The notes under the pieces are model-generated. The model had not been told where the DNA came from. It saw nothing but the letters and a program-made list of their open reading frames with translations, and did no database searches. A stretch of DNA of 64,000 bases from a virus. The DNA is taken from positions 1 to 64,000 of IMG/VR virus record IMGVR_UViG_3300029309_000005. The stretch is one strand, 5' to 3'. The position numbers were made by a program, and so were the translations under genes. Numbering within the stretch: position 1 is the stretch's first letter; the number at the start of each line of letters is the position of its first letter. Positions 28,573 through 36,937 of the stretch are shown here, in pieces.

Positions 28573-29886
28573 ATGAGCGAGGCTTTATTCAATGAAGCAT
28601 TTTCGCTTATGCTGGCAAAAATGTTACCTTCTTATGATATAGAAGATATGAGGGCTAATTTTGAGTCAAGATTTCCTAGATACCCTATGAGAGATGATGT
28701 AGGGCTAATTGCTGAATATGCTGGAATGGGCGGTTTTGATGAAGGATTCGCAAGTATGGGCATACCAACCATTGCATCAGTAGATGCTTGGAATGCTGCT
28801 AATCAAGTAAGAGCAGCAAATCAAGAAGGAGAGGTTATTCAAGGGTATATTGGAACTGAACAGGGGCAACTTCATCCTGACGATTTAGTAGAAAGATATG
28901 CAGATCTATCTCAAGGCAGACCTATTCATTACCACGCCTCCCCTCCATGTCAAGCCTTTACACTGGCTCAAAGGAGAACAGGGCCAGCAGGAAAAACAGA
29001 GGAAGAAATTTATGAAAGCAAATTGGCTGCCTTTCCTATGATTGGAAATGCCCTTTACACGGCTGAACAGATGATAAAGCATCCCGACATTAATCTTAAT
29101 TCATGGTCACTTGAAGAAGCACCAGCCGTTGCACAGTTTATCAAAGAAAATCCGCATTTGTTAGATAAATATGTTAGCAAACCATTCCAACATCGGGTCA
29201 TGAATCTTTTGAAAAATCAACCCAAATTGGATGCAATTGATTTTGGAGTTCCAACAACAAGAGGTAGAACATTCATAGGCGAAGGATTTACTGCTGAACC
29301 AACACATTACAAGTATGGCACAAAACCAATAGCGGGCAGAGAAGAAGGCCCGTCAATACTTGATTTTTTGCCACATTTAGCAGATGAAGAACGGGCAAAC
29401 CAAGCAAACAAATTGGCATTTCTAAATCAGATAGTCTCAGAAGGTAAAATTAGTCCAGAAGTTAGAGATTATCTTATGAGTCAAGGTTTTGTTTCGCAAT
29501 CAGGAGGCATTAATCCAGGCAAAGGTAAAGGAAAGGGCTGGATGAATGTAAAAGCAAACCATCCTAGTCAAGAGGGAGGCCCTGGAACTGCATTCATACA
29601 TAGAAAGCCTTTAGATTCAACATTCACAGGCATAACGCATAATCTACCATCTCATATGTATAATCGTTATTTGACACCGGAAGAAGTGATGATGGTTCAA
29701 GGATTTAGACCGGATTATGATATTTCATCTGCTTTGTCAGCACCTACTTACAAAGCATCATCTGGAAAACCAATTAAAGCAATAAATCAGATGATTGGCA
29801 ATGTAGTTTCACCTGCTGTTTCAAGAGCAATAGGGCGTGGCGCATTTGGTTCAAACGCACAAAAGACACTTTTTGACCAGTTTTGA
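28573..29886 (+). CDS. C5-cytosine DNA methyltransferase with variant leader and C-terminal PIP-box-like motif
   Basis: Motif I YAGMGG, IV SPPCQAF, VI-like LEEAP, VIII PTTRGRTF, IX RYLTPEEVMMVQGF, X QMIGNVV; N-term LFNEAFSLMLAK|M; C-term QKTLFDQF. Confidence 0.88.
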   Translation: MSEALFNEAFSLMLAKMLPSYDIEDMRANFESRFPRYPMRDDVGLIAEYAGMGGFDEGFASMGIPTIASVDAWNAANQVRAANQEGEVIQGYIGTEQGQLHPDDLVERYADLSQGRPIHYHASPPCQAFTLAQRRTGPAGKTEEEIYESKLAAFPMIGNALYTAEQMIKHPDINLNSWSLEEAPAVAQFIKENPHLLDKYVSKPFQHRVMNLLKNQPKLDAIDFGVPTTRGRTFIGEGFTAEPTHYKYGTKPIAGREEGPSILDFLPHLADEERANQANKLAFLNQIVSEGKISPEVRDYLMSQGFVSQSGGINPGKGKGKGWMNVKANHPSQEGGPGTAFIHRKPLDSTFTGITHNLPSHMYNRYLTPEEVMMVQGFRPDYDISSALSAPTYKASSGKPIKAINQMIGNVVSPAVSRAIGRGAFGSNAQKTLFDQF

Positions 29887-29924
29887 AGGGTCAAATTGAT
29901 ATTTGAAATAAGTATGCCGGTTAT

Positions 29925-30224
29925 ATGGCTGGTAGCGAATGCTTTGAACAAGTATGGTCAGCCATAGTAAAATCTATGACAGATCCTAATCGTGAAAGAG
30001 AGTTAGAAGATGTTATTGATGAGAACATGGCTCAATACGAAAAGACTAAAAAAACCCGTAAAGACATGCGACAAAAACCGATTAATCCTACTGAAAATAA
30101 AACCATGCAAAGAATGATTGCGAGAGCAAAGGGGAATGAGCCTCAGAGAAAACAATCTCCAAGAACACCTGTTAAATTAAGTGAAACTCTTGAGAGGTTG
30201 CATAACAAAGTGCGTAAGGATTGA
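29925..30224 (+). CDS. leader-tagged basic hypothetical protein
   Basis: MAGSECFEQVWSAIVK|S. Confidence 0.65.
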   Translation: MAGSECFEQVWSAIVKSMTDPNRERELEDVIDENMAQYEKTKKTRKDMRQKPINPTENKTMQRMIARAKGNEPQRKQSPRTPVKLSETLERLHNKVRKD

Positions 30225-30233
30225 GGTAATGAT

Positions 30234-31520
30234 ATGACTGAGGATATTGTTACAAATCTAATAAAGACCCTTGAAATAAGGGATGACTTTAGCATTCAGA
30301 AGATGCCGCATCCCTCTGCTGGAAAGTTCGGAAGAAGGAGGGCTTTACCTACTGCATTTAGGCTTCAAGGTGTAAAAAATAATCCAATGTATTCAAACAT
30401 CATGGCTGCTTTAAGAGATACCCTTGGAGATCGTGAAATGATTGAGACATTTGGGGGGGGTGGAGGTTTGTCATTAGGATTTAAGCCGTCAAGAGCCATC
30501 ATCAATGACATAAATCCAGATATTGGCAATTTAATGCGTAGAATCATCCGTGAACCGTTTCAAATAAATCCTAGTGATTACAATGTTGCAGAAGGGGAAT
30601 CAATTATAATGCCACATCCTACTTTGGGGGATATTGATATTGGAACAATGACTCCTGAATTGATGAGTCAATTTGGTGAAGGAAAAGAAGCATTTGTGCC
30701 AGCACATTATTACAATCTCCGTAATCAATATAACGCACTTAGAGAAAAAGCCGCAAATCAAACTGCAACACAGGAAGATTATGATAGAATGGCCGAATTA
30801 TTTTACATGTTACAACTGACTGGATTCAATAGTTTAGTTCGTTATGGTCGAACTAAGGAATTACCATCACTTGAAAACCCTTATTCAACACCTCCAGGGC
30901 TTTCACGTGACAAAAAATATTTGCCAGAAAACCCACAGATGGCAGGGGCATTTTTCGATAGATTGATGGAGGCAGGGCTTTATAATCCTGAAAAGAACAG
31001 ATACAAAGGCCGAATACAACCTGGTGGCAATACTTTCAGACCTACACCCATTAGAGGCGGTATAGGGCCGCATGATTTTTCGCCTTGGCATGAGGCAATG
31101 AAAGATTGGGATTGGAGAACAGGTGACGCATTCCAATTTTATGACGACATCAAAGACCAAATGAAAGCCGATAAAAACCTCATTACTTTCGATCCGCCCT
31201 ACTTTGGAGAAGAAGGCGCACACGGATTCTTTAACGAGCAAGAGCAAGATAAATTGCTTCAACAAATTATTGACGCAAAGGAACGTGGTGTGCCAACAGT
31301 TGTTTTTAATTCAATGAGTCCTTCAATTGTAAATCCGTTACGAGATGCAGGTTTTGACATTCGTGAATTAAATCGTCAAGATATGTCAGGTTCAAAGGCT
31401 TCAACAAGAGGAACAGTCGGTGAACTTATGGCTATGGCAAATGTTCCTCAAGATTCTTTTAATGAAGCATTAAGACGAATGCAGCAAGGTAATAATAGAA
31501 ATCAACAAAGGCTGTTCTAA
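30234..31520 (+). CDS. Dam/D12-class N6-adenine DNA methyltransferase
   Basis: IETFGGGGG, IINDINPD, GFNSLVRY, FDPPYF, SGSKASTRGTVGELM. Confidence 0.88.
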   Translation: MTEDIVTNLIKTLEIRDDFSIQKMPHPSAGKFGRRRALPTAFRLQGVKNNPMYSNIMAALRDTLGDREMIETFGGGGGLSLGFKPSRAIINDINPDIGNLMRRIIREPFQINPSDYNVAEGESIIMPHPTLGDIDIGTMTPELMSQFGEGKEAFVPAHYYNLRNQYNALREKAANQTATQEDYDRMAELFYMLQLTGFNSLVRYGRTKELPSLENPYSTPPGLSRDKKYLPENPQMAGAFFDRLMEAGLYNPEKNRYKGRIQPGGNTFRPTPIRGGIGPHDFSPWHEAMKDWDWRTGDAFQFYDDIKDQMKADKNLITFDPPYFGEEGAHGFFNEQEQDKLLQQIIDAKERGVPTVVFNSMSPSIVNPLRDAGFDIRELNRQDMSGSKASTRGTVGELMAMANVPQDSFNEALRRMQQGNNRNQQRLF

Positions 31521-32029
31521 GGCACAGGTTGTTGCATACTAGGATGAGTCATTGGTGAATGTGATATGCTACCTGCACCGGATGAACCTTGACACTGGCG
31601 TAAATCTGCAATTACCTTATTCACAAAATATTCAAACGGTATATCCATCGAATACTGTAAAGATTGAGCATATTGTTGAATCCATTGTATATCTGTGCTG
31701 AAAACTCTATCGTATGAAGTTAGATTGTGCTGATATGTTTGTGCGCCTTGCCAGTTTGCTTCTTCATTTAGTGCTTGCTCTGCACTACCAAAAATGCCAG
31801 ACCATGATTGTTGATTGTTGTTTATGTTATTGTAAGCGTATATTGGATTGCCTAAATGACAGAGCAAACCAATTGCTGCGTCTTGACAAAAGTTTGGAGA
31901 TTTGCCATCATTTTCTGCATATCTTGTAGTCCATGAGGAAATGCTCTGTGGATCATGTGCCATCCCAGTTAGTGCGATGTTATATGAACGGAGGGTATGA
32001 ACTGCTTCAATTAAGTTAGGTTGGCTCAT
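31517..32029 (-). CDS. hypothetical protein, lone antisense-oriented gene
   Basis: 170 aa ORF convergent with the MTase; no competing long plus-strand ORF. Confidence 0.55.
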   Translation of the reverse strand: MSQPNLIEAVHTLRSYNIALTGMAHDPQSISSWTTRYAENDGKSPNFCQDAAIGLLCHLGNPIYAYNNINNNQQSWSGIFGSAEQALNEEANWQGAQTYQHNLTSYDRVFSTDIQWIQQYAQSLQYSMDIPFEYFVNKVIADLRQCQGSSGAGSISHSPMTHPSMQQPVP

Positions 32030-32110
32030 AATAAAGCCACCTTACCTCTTGTATTTGATGTTGTTTATACTGTCATAGTTCATATACTTGTTATACATGG
32101 GAGGTGCTAG

Positions 32111-32257
32111 ATGGGCAAACACGTTTCTGTTGTAATGAAAGATAGTCTATTTGCTAAAATGGAGAATGAAAGAGGGCGTGAGTCTAAATCTTCATTTGTA
32201 AATCATGCACTTGCATTTTACTTCAAAAACAAAGACAAGGTGAACACTGATGAATAA
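32111..32257 (+). CDS. ribbon-helix-helix (CopG-like) protein
   Basis: Not in track: MGKHVSVVMKDSLFAKMENERGRESKSSFVNHALAFYF..., with GGAGGTG upstream. Confidence 0.7.
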   Translation: MGKHVSVVMKDSLFAKMENERGRESKSSFVNHALAFYFKNKDKVNTDE

Positions 32258-32687
32258 ACCTGATGAAAAGGAAAGAGGCTTTTATCCTCCCCCTTATATG
32301 GCCGAAGATACAAATAGAATAGACATAAATCTCATAGCAATGTTGCTATGGCAAGCACTTTTGACTGGTATTTCAGTTGCAGTATCTCATATGGGATGGT
32401 ATCTGCCTAACGCTGGTGCTGGAGAAATGGGATTACAATATGGTTTGATTGCATTTGGCTTCCTTTGCACTTCAATGGTGTTGTTTCATGTGGGTGGCAT
32501 TCGTGATTCTTTGGCTATGCGAGCAGAATTCTCTAGGGAAAATCAAATTGATAAATGGTATAGGCAGCAACAAAGATTACAACAGCGAAGGGCAACAAAA
32601 GAGCAGTATTGGCGAAATAACGGCCAGCAAAACCCTTATGGGAAACAACAGTTCGGTTTGCCTAATGATAGCAAAGATGAAGATTGA
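32250..32687 (+). CDS. 2-TM membrane protein with Gln-rich tail
   Basis: Two hydrophobic segments (LIAMLLWQALLTGISVAVS; LIAFGFLCTSMVLFHV). Confidence 0.65.
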   Translation: MNKPDEKERGFYPPPYMAEDTNRIDINLIAMLLWQALLTGISVAVSHMGWYLPNAGAGEMGLQYGLIAFGFLCTSMVLFHVGGIRDSLAMRAEFSRENQIDKWYRQQQRLQQRRATKEQYWRNNGQQNPYGKQQFGLPNDSKDED

Positions 32688-32708
32688 TTTCACTTTGGGG
32701 TGAACTAG

Positions 32709-32933
32709 ATGTGGCCGTTCTCAACTGCACAAGAGCGACAAACGGAAGCAATGTCGCAAATATTAGCAGAAAACGCATATGAAAGAAAAATGGAGAGGGT
32801 TGCTGGATGGGTAAGAACAATTACTGCACTAATTGGAGGAATCGCTTTGACATTTGGAATTTTATTTGGACTAGAAATCTTAGGAATATCACCTTCAGAT
32901 GTATGGACTTTTATAACAAGCATAGGAAACTGA
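32709..32933 (+). CDS. small membrane protein
   Basis: TITALIGGIALTFGILFGLEILGI TM segment. Confidence 0.65.
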   Translation: MWPFSTAQERQTEAMSQILAENAYERKMERVAGWVRTITALIGGIALTFGILFGLEILGISPSDVWTFITSIGN

Positions 32934-32946
32934 AGGGGGTAACTCT

Positions 32947-33678
32947 TTGTCTGCCTTGATTGCAGGGCATATGCTAATGGCATCAGCGTCTGCACTTTAC
33001 TCACTTTACAGAATATTACGGCCTTTTCGAGTAGGCATTTATGGCCCATCAATGGTTGGTAAAACAACTTTAGATCAGTATCTCACTGTGCCAGGAGATA
33101 TTGATCCTATACCTTTTCATTTGAGAACTGCACATCCTAAAAGTAAAACAGCAACTGGTTATAAAAATCCCTCTGAAACCAGAAAACAGGTTCGTTTAGT
33201 CAAGGTCAAAAAGCCAATTACTACAACAGATATTGCAGGAGATGTGATGTTTCGTAATCTTTGGATAGATGATATGTTTGGTAGAAATGTTGAATTGGTA
33301 ATGTTCATGGTTGATCATAGGGCAATGACATCACGACAGTTTGCTATGGATGCTTCTGCTAGTTTGTCATATTTGGTTGATAACATAGTAAAAAAAGACA
33401 TCAGCAAAAAAATCTCCAGAAAGGCAAAGAAAAATTCTAAAAAATATGTTCCACGCTTATTTTGTTTGATGATAAATAAAATGGATATATGGTGGGATGA
33501 ACGTGCTGAAGCGTTGTGGTCTTTAGGTTTGCAGAAAGAGCATCCTATCGTTGCACCATTTAGAGATTCGTTAAAACGGTTGAGAAAAGCAGGTATTCGT
33601 GCAGAAGTAATGGCAATGTCATCTCAACATGGAATTAATGTTGAAAAGAGTTTAATTGCATTATTGGATTCTTTGTAG
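32947..33678 (+). CDS. small Ras/Arf-like GTPase
   Basis: G1 GPSMVGKTT, G3 DIAG, G4 NKMD, G5-like MSSQHGINV; hydrophobic N-terminal helix. Confidence 0.8.
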   Translation: MSALIAGHMLMASASALYSLYRILRPFRVGIYGPSMVGKTTLDQYLTVPGDIDPIPFHLRTAHPKSKTATGYKNPSETRKQVRLVKVKKPITTTDIAGDVMFRNLWIDDMFGRNVELVMFMVDHRAMTSRQFAMDASASLSYLVDNIVKKDISKKISRKAKKNSKKYVPRLFCLMINKMDIWWDERAEALWSLGLQKEHPIVAPFRDSLKRLRKAGIRAEVMAMSSQHGINVEKSLIALLDSL

Positions 33679-33703
33679 GATAACGCTTATGGGGGTGTTA
33701 GGC

Positions 33704-34675
33704 ATGGCAGGGTTAATGGCGTGGAATCCCCAAGTTCTAAATCCGATGTCATATTTGCCATATCAAAGAGGTCTAAAATTACAAGGACTTGATGATGAGC
33801 AATTAAAGTTGGTATCACAGCAAACTGGCATTTCATATGAGTTATTGAAATCTCAACAACGTGCGGAGATGGCAAGTGCTGGTTCAACTGGAGATATAGG
33901 TGAAGAACAACTTATGCCTACTGTTGAAATACAGTTGAAATCTAATCCTAAAAATCCTAAGAAGGCTAGAAAGCAAAATATCAAGATGCTGAGAAAGGCT
34001 TTGAGGCCACCAAATTATAATTTAGGATTTTTCAAAATATACCGCTACAATGCAGCGCATGAATGTGCTTGCTGCGGAGTCGATATTCGCAGATTTTTAG
34101 AGGGCGATAACGCTTATGCACATATTGTTGACGAAAGCACCGGACTTTCCTTAGCAGATATTTATTGGTTCGATGAAGAAACTGGAAACGCTAGAAAGCC
34201 ATTGGCAAGGACTCATGGCGATCACGGTGATGAAATGAACAGTTCTCTATGTCCTGCACATCTTCACATTTATCATACTCTAAAATCTTTAATTCAAGAG
34301 CATGAAATGGCAGAAGAAGGATTTAGTCGCATTGCTTCAAAAGGAACTAAATTTACCAAAATACCTGGAATGAGTGCTTTGATGAAAGGTAACTCTCCTA
34401 AAAATAGAAGCACAGCAGAATCATTGTTAAAGTATGAGCCATTTTTTGCTATGGTTCACAAAGATGCACAACATAGCAAAGGTGTTCAATTAACACAATT
34501 GCCAAATCCTGTAACTGGAGTAGTAGATATTGTGCAAGTCACTTTTGATTTGAGAGCATTACAAGCAGAATCACAAATGGCACAAAGAAATGCTATGGCA
34601 AACGGCATTTCTATGCAAACTGCTATGAACGCACAGGCTTTGCCACAACAAGAGGCTACAATTCAACAACAGTAG
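33704..34675 (+). CDS. hypothetical protein with CxCC...CxxH Zn motif
   Basis: Start set to ATG 33704; CACCG...LCPAH. Confidence 0.65.
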   Translation: MAGLMAWNPQVLNPMSYLPYQRGLKLQGLDDEQLKLVSQQTGISYELLKSQQRAEMASAGSTGDIGEEQLMPTVEIQLKSNPKNPKKARKQNIKMLRKALRPPNYNLGFFKIYRYNAAHECACCGVDIRRFLEGDNAYAHIVDESTGLSLADIYWFDEETGNARKPLARTHGDHGDEMNSSLCPAHLHIYHTLKSLIQEHEMAEEGFSRIASKGTKFTKIPGMSALMKGNSPKNRSTAESLLKYEPFFAMVHKDAQHSKGVQLTQLPNPVTGVVDIVQVTFDLRALQAESQMAQRNAMANGISMQTAMNAQALPQQEATIQQQ

Positions 34676-34683
34676 GTGATAAT

Positions 34684-35289
34684 ATGGGCTGGTTTAGCAA
34701 AAATGACAATACAAGCACACAATTTGGCTCTCCAACGCAAAATCTGAGTCAAACAAACGGAATGAGCATGGATAATGGCATTTTGGGTATGCAAGCAGCC
34801 CAAAACCCAATGATGCAACAAATGGCAAACGATCCAATTACTGCTACTGCCCGTTTGCTTGAATTAAATGACCCAGTTGCTCAATTTATTGTTTCACAAA
34901 ATATAGGTTTGCTTATGGATTTGGTTGGAGAGGTAGTTCGATTATCTATCAAAGAATTCTTTACCAGTATCACCTTTACACAAGCGGAAGATGGTAAAAT
35001 TACACTTGACCAATCATCATTACCAGCGTCAATAAATACACTGTCTCCTGAAAATCTAGGTTTGACAATGACAAAACTACAATCTTCTGCACAACAAACT
35101 CTTGCTAACAATGCAAACCAAAGGCAGATGTTTTTACAAGCACATAATATGGGGATGTCAATGAATCCTCAAACGCAACCAGGGTTCTTTGGTGCGTTGC
35201 TAGGTAATGTGCTTGGAAATCAAGTCCAGCAACAGGGCGGCTTTGGTCAAACTGCTGCAAAAGTAGGAATGGGGGCTGCGGTCTTATGA
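34684..35289 (+). CDS. Gln/Met-rich hypothetical protein
   Basis: 201 aa; N-terminal MGWF; amphipathic C-terminus. Confidence 0.65.
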   Translation: MGWFSKNDNTSTQFGSPTQNLSQTNGMSMDNGILGMQAAQNPMMQQMANDPITATARLLELNDPVAQFIVSQNIGLLMDLVGEVVRLSIKEFFTSITFTQAEDGKITLDQSSLPASINTLSPENLGLTMTKLQSSAQQTLANNANQRQMFLQAHNMGMSMNPQTQPGFFGALLGNVLGNQVQQQGGFGQTAAKVGMGAAVL

Positions 35290-35531
35290 ATGCCAGAGAT
35301 AAACAACCAGAGCAAGCAAATATCTACAATGCCACAGGCATGATTATGAGTCCAAACAAAATGTTAGTTGAAAGTGCTACAATGATTTTTATTATTTCAT
35401 TTATGCTTGCCATGTTTGTTATGCTTGTTTGGAGAGGTTCTTCACTTTCATCAACACAAGTTCTGATGGGTGCTTTTGGATTAATTTTTACCTTTGGGAT
35501 AGCAGTTAGACAATTTGCCTCTTTTCGGTAG
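35286..35531 (+). CDS. 2-TM small membrane protein
   Basis: Two hydrophobic helices. Confidence 0.65.
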   Translation: MNARDKQPEQANIYNATGMIMSPNKMLVESATMIFIISFMLAMFVMLVWRGSSLSSTQVLMGAFGLIFTFGIAVRQFASFR

Positions 35532-35542
35532 CCTCATCGGGA

Positions 35543-35770
35543 ATGAGGCGGTTTAATCCTCTACCGTATAGTCCTTTGCTGACTAAATTTGATCAAGACG
35601 GTGATGGTGATTTTGATTTTGATGATATTAAGATAATATTAGGCAAAAAGAAAGAGCAAAAAGAAACTTGTATTGCGATTACAAAATCTGGTAAAAGGTG
35701 TAAGCGGCAAGGTAATTTAGATGAAAATAACTTGTGTTATACCCATAGAAACTATGACAAAGCCAATTAA
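35543..35770 (+). CDS. small protein with EF-hand-like loop and CCCH motif
   Basis: DQDGDGDFDFDD; CIAITKSGKRCKR...LCYTH. Confidence 0.55.
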   Translation: MRRFNPLPYSPLLTKFDQDGDGDFDFDDIKIILGKKKEQKETCIAITKSGKRCKRQGNLDENNLCYTHRNYDKAN

Positions 35771-35792
35771 GTCAAGAAGGATGCGGTAATTT

Positions 35793-36500
35793 ATGGCTGG
35801 TCGGCAGACACGCAAAAACTGTCCGTTTTGCCAGCACCCTGAAAGAGATTTACTCGAACAAAAAATCCTAGAAGGTTCATTAGATGTTCAAGACTGTGAT
35901 AGGCAACATCAATGGGCTGAAGGAACAACTCACAGACACATGCGGAGGCATTCTGGAGAATATTACAATAACAGTAATTCTTCATGCCCTATATGCACAG
36001 ATCCAAATCGTGCAGATATTGAAGCAGCCATTTTAGAAGGTAGAGCAGGTATAGATGATTTCGCTGTTGAGTTAGGTATTGCTAGTAGCACAGTGTCAAA
36101 TCACATGGAAAAACATACAAAACCAATCATTCAACAACATGTAGATATTCAAGCCTTACCTAATGCTATGAAAACAGTTCATGAGTCGTTAAGTCGTGTT
36201 GAAACTAATATGAACCGTTTAGATAAATTATTAGGGAGAGTTCTCGATCATGTTGAAAATCAATTTGATGATGAACAAGAGGTTGTTGAAATGCGTGATG
36301 TTGAAACTGCATTGAAGGTTCATCGTGAAGTTCGAGATACTTTAGTTGAGTTAGCAAAATGGATGGAGAAGGCAGAAACCATTGAAGATAAACAATCGGT
36401 TTCTATTCTAAACGTATTACAACAATTTTATTCTGAAAAATCACCCCAAGAATGGGCTGAATTAAAAAAGCGTCTTGTTGCATCGGGGGTGATGAGTTGA
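35793..36500 (+). CDS. putative terminase small subunit / Zn-HTH DNA-binding protein
   Basis: Tandem CxxC..P.R..iE..ILEG...HM..H repeats followed by coiled coils; upstream of TerL. Confidence 0.5.
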   Translation: MAGRQTRKNCPFCQHPERDLLEQKILEGSLDVQDCDRQHQWAEGTTHRHMRRHSGEYYNNSNSSCPICTDPNRADIEAAILEGRAGIDDFAVELGIASSTVSNHMEKHTKPIIQQHVDIQALPNAMKTVHESLSRVETNMNRLDKLLGRVLDHVENQFDDEQEVVEMRDVETALKVHREVRDTLVELAKWMEKAETIEDKQSVSILNVLQQFYSEKSPQEWAELKKRLVASGVMS

Positions 36501-36937
36501 GAACAGTTCATCAGTTGATGCTCAAAGATTTGCCTACTCATCATAGTATTTTATCTAATAACAAAGCAAAAGATTTGTGGAGTATAGATGATTTGTTAGC
36601 ATACACTAATTCTGTTGATGTAGTTGTAAAGCGTTGGGCTGAAGCGGTTGAAGAACATTTAGAATATCCCGAAAGCATAGTTGCAGACATACTAGGTTCG
36701 CTAATAGTTACAAGACTTTTGATTAGTGATTTGAAGATATTAAAACATAAACCAAATGCTGAGTGTATATCTTTGTTAGATGGCACACAGATAATTACTG
36801 ACTTAAAACAAAAAATGTTGCCAATGTCAAAATCTTATGCACGTGTTCCTTCGTTAGCACAATGGTATATGACTTTAGCAAGTGAAATTGATACAGCGTA
36901 TCGCTCAATTCGTAGGAGGTTAAAAGATGGTAGTTAG
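36497..36937 (+). CDS. hypothetical protein
   Basis: 146 aa, overlaps neighbours. Confidence 0.6.
   Translation: MRTVHQLMLKDLPTHHSILSNNKAKDLWSIDDLLAYTNSVDVVVKRWAEAVEEHLEYPESIVADILGSLIVTRLLISDLKILKHKPNAECISLLDGTQIITDLKQKMLPMSKSYARVPSLAQWYMTLASEIDTAYRSIRRRLKDGS

Noticed and set aside
28573-31520. Complete restriction-modification system
   Set aside because: No recognisable endonuclease; the intervening 99-aa ORF has no nuclease motif.
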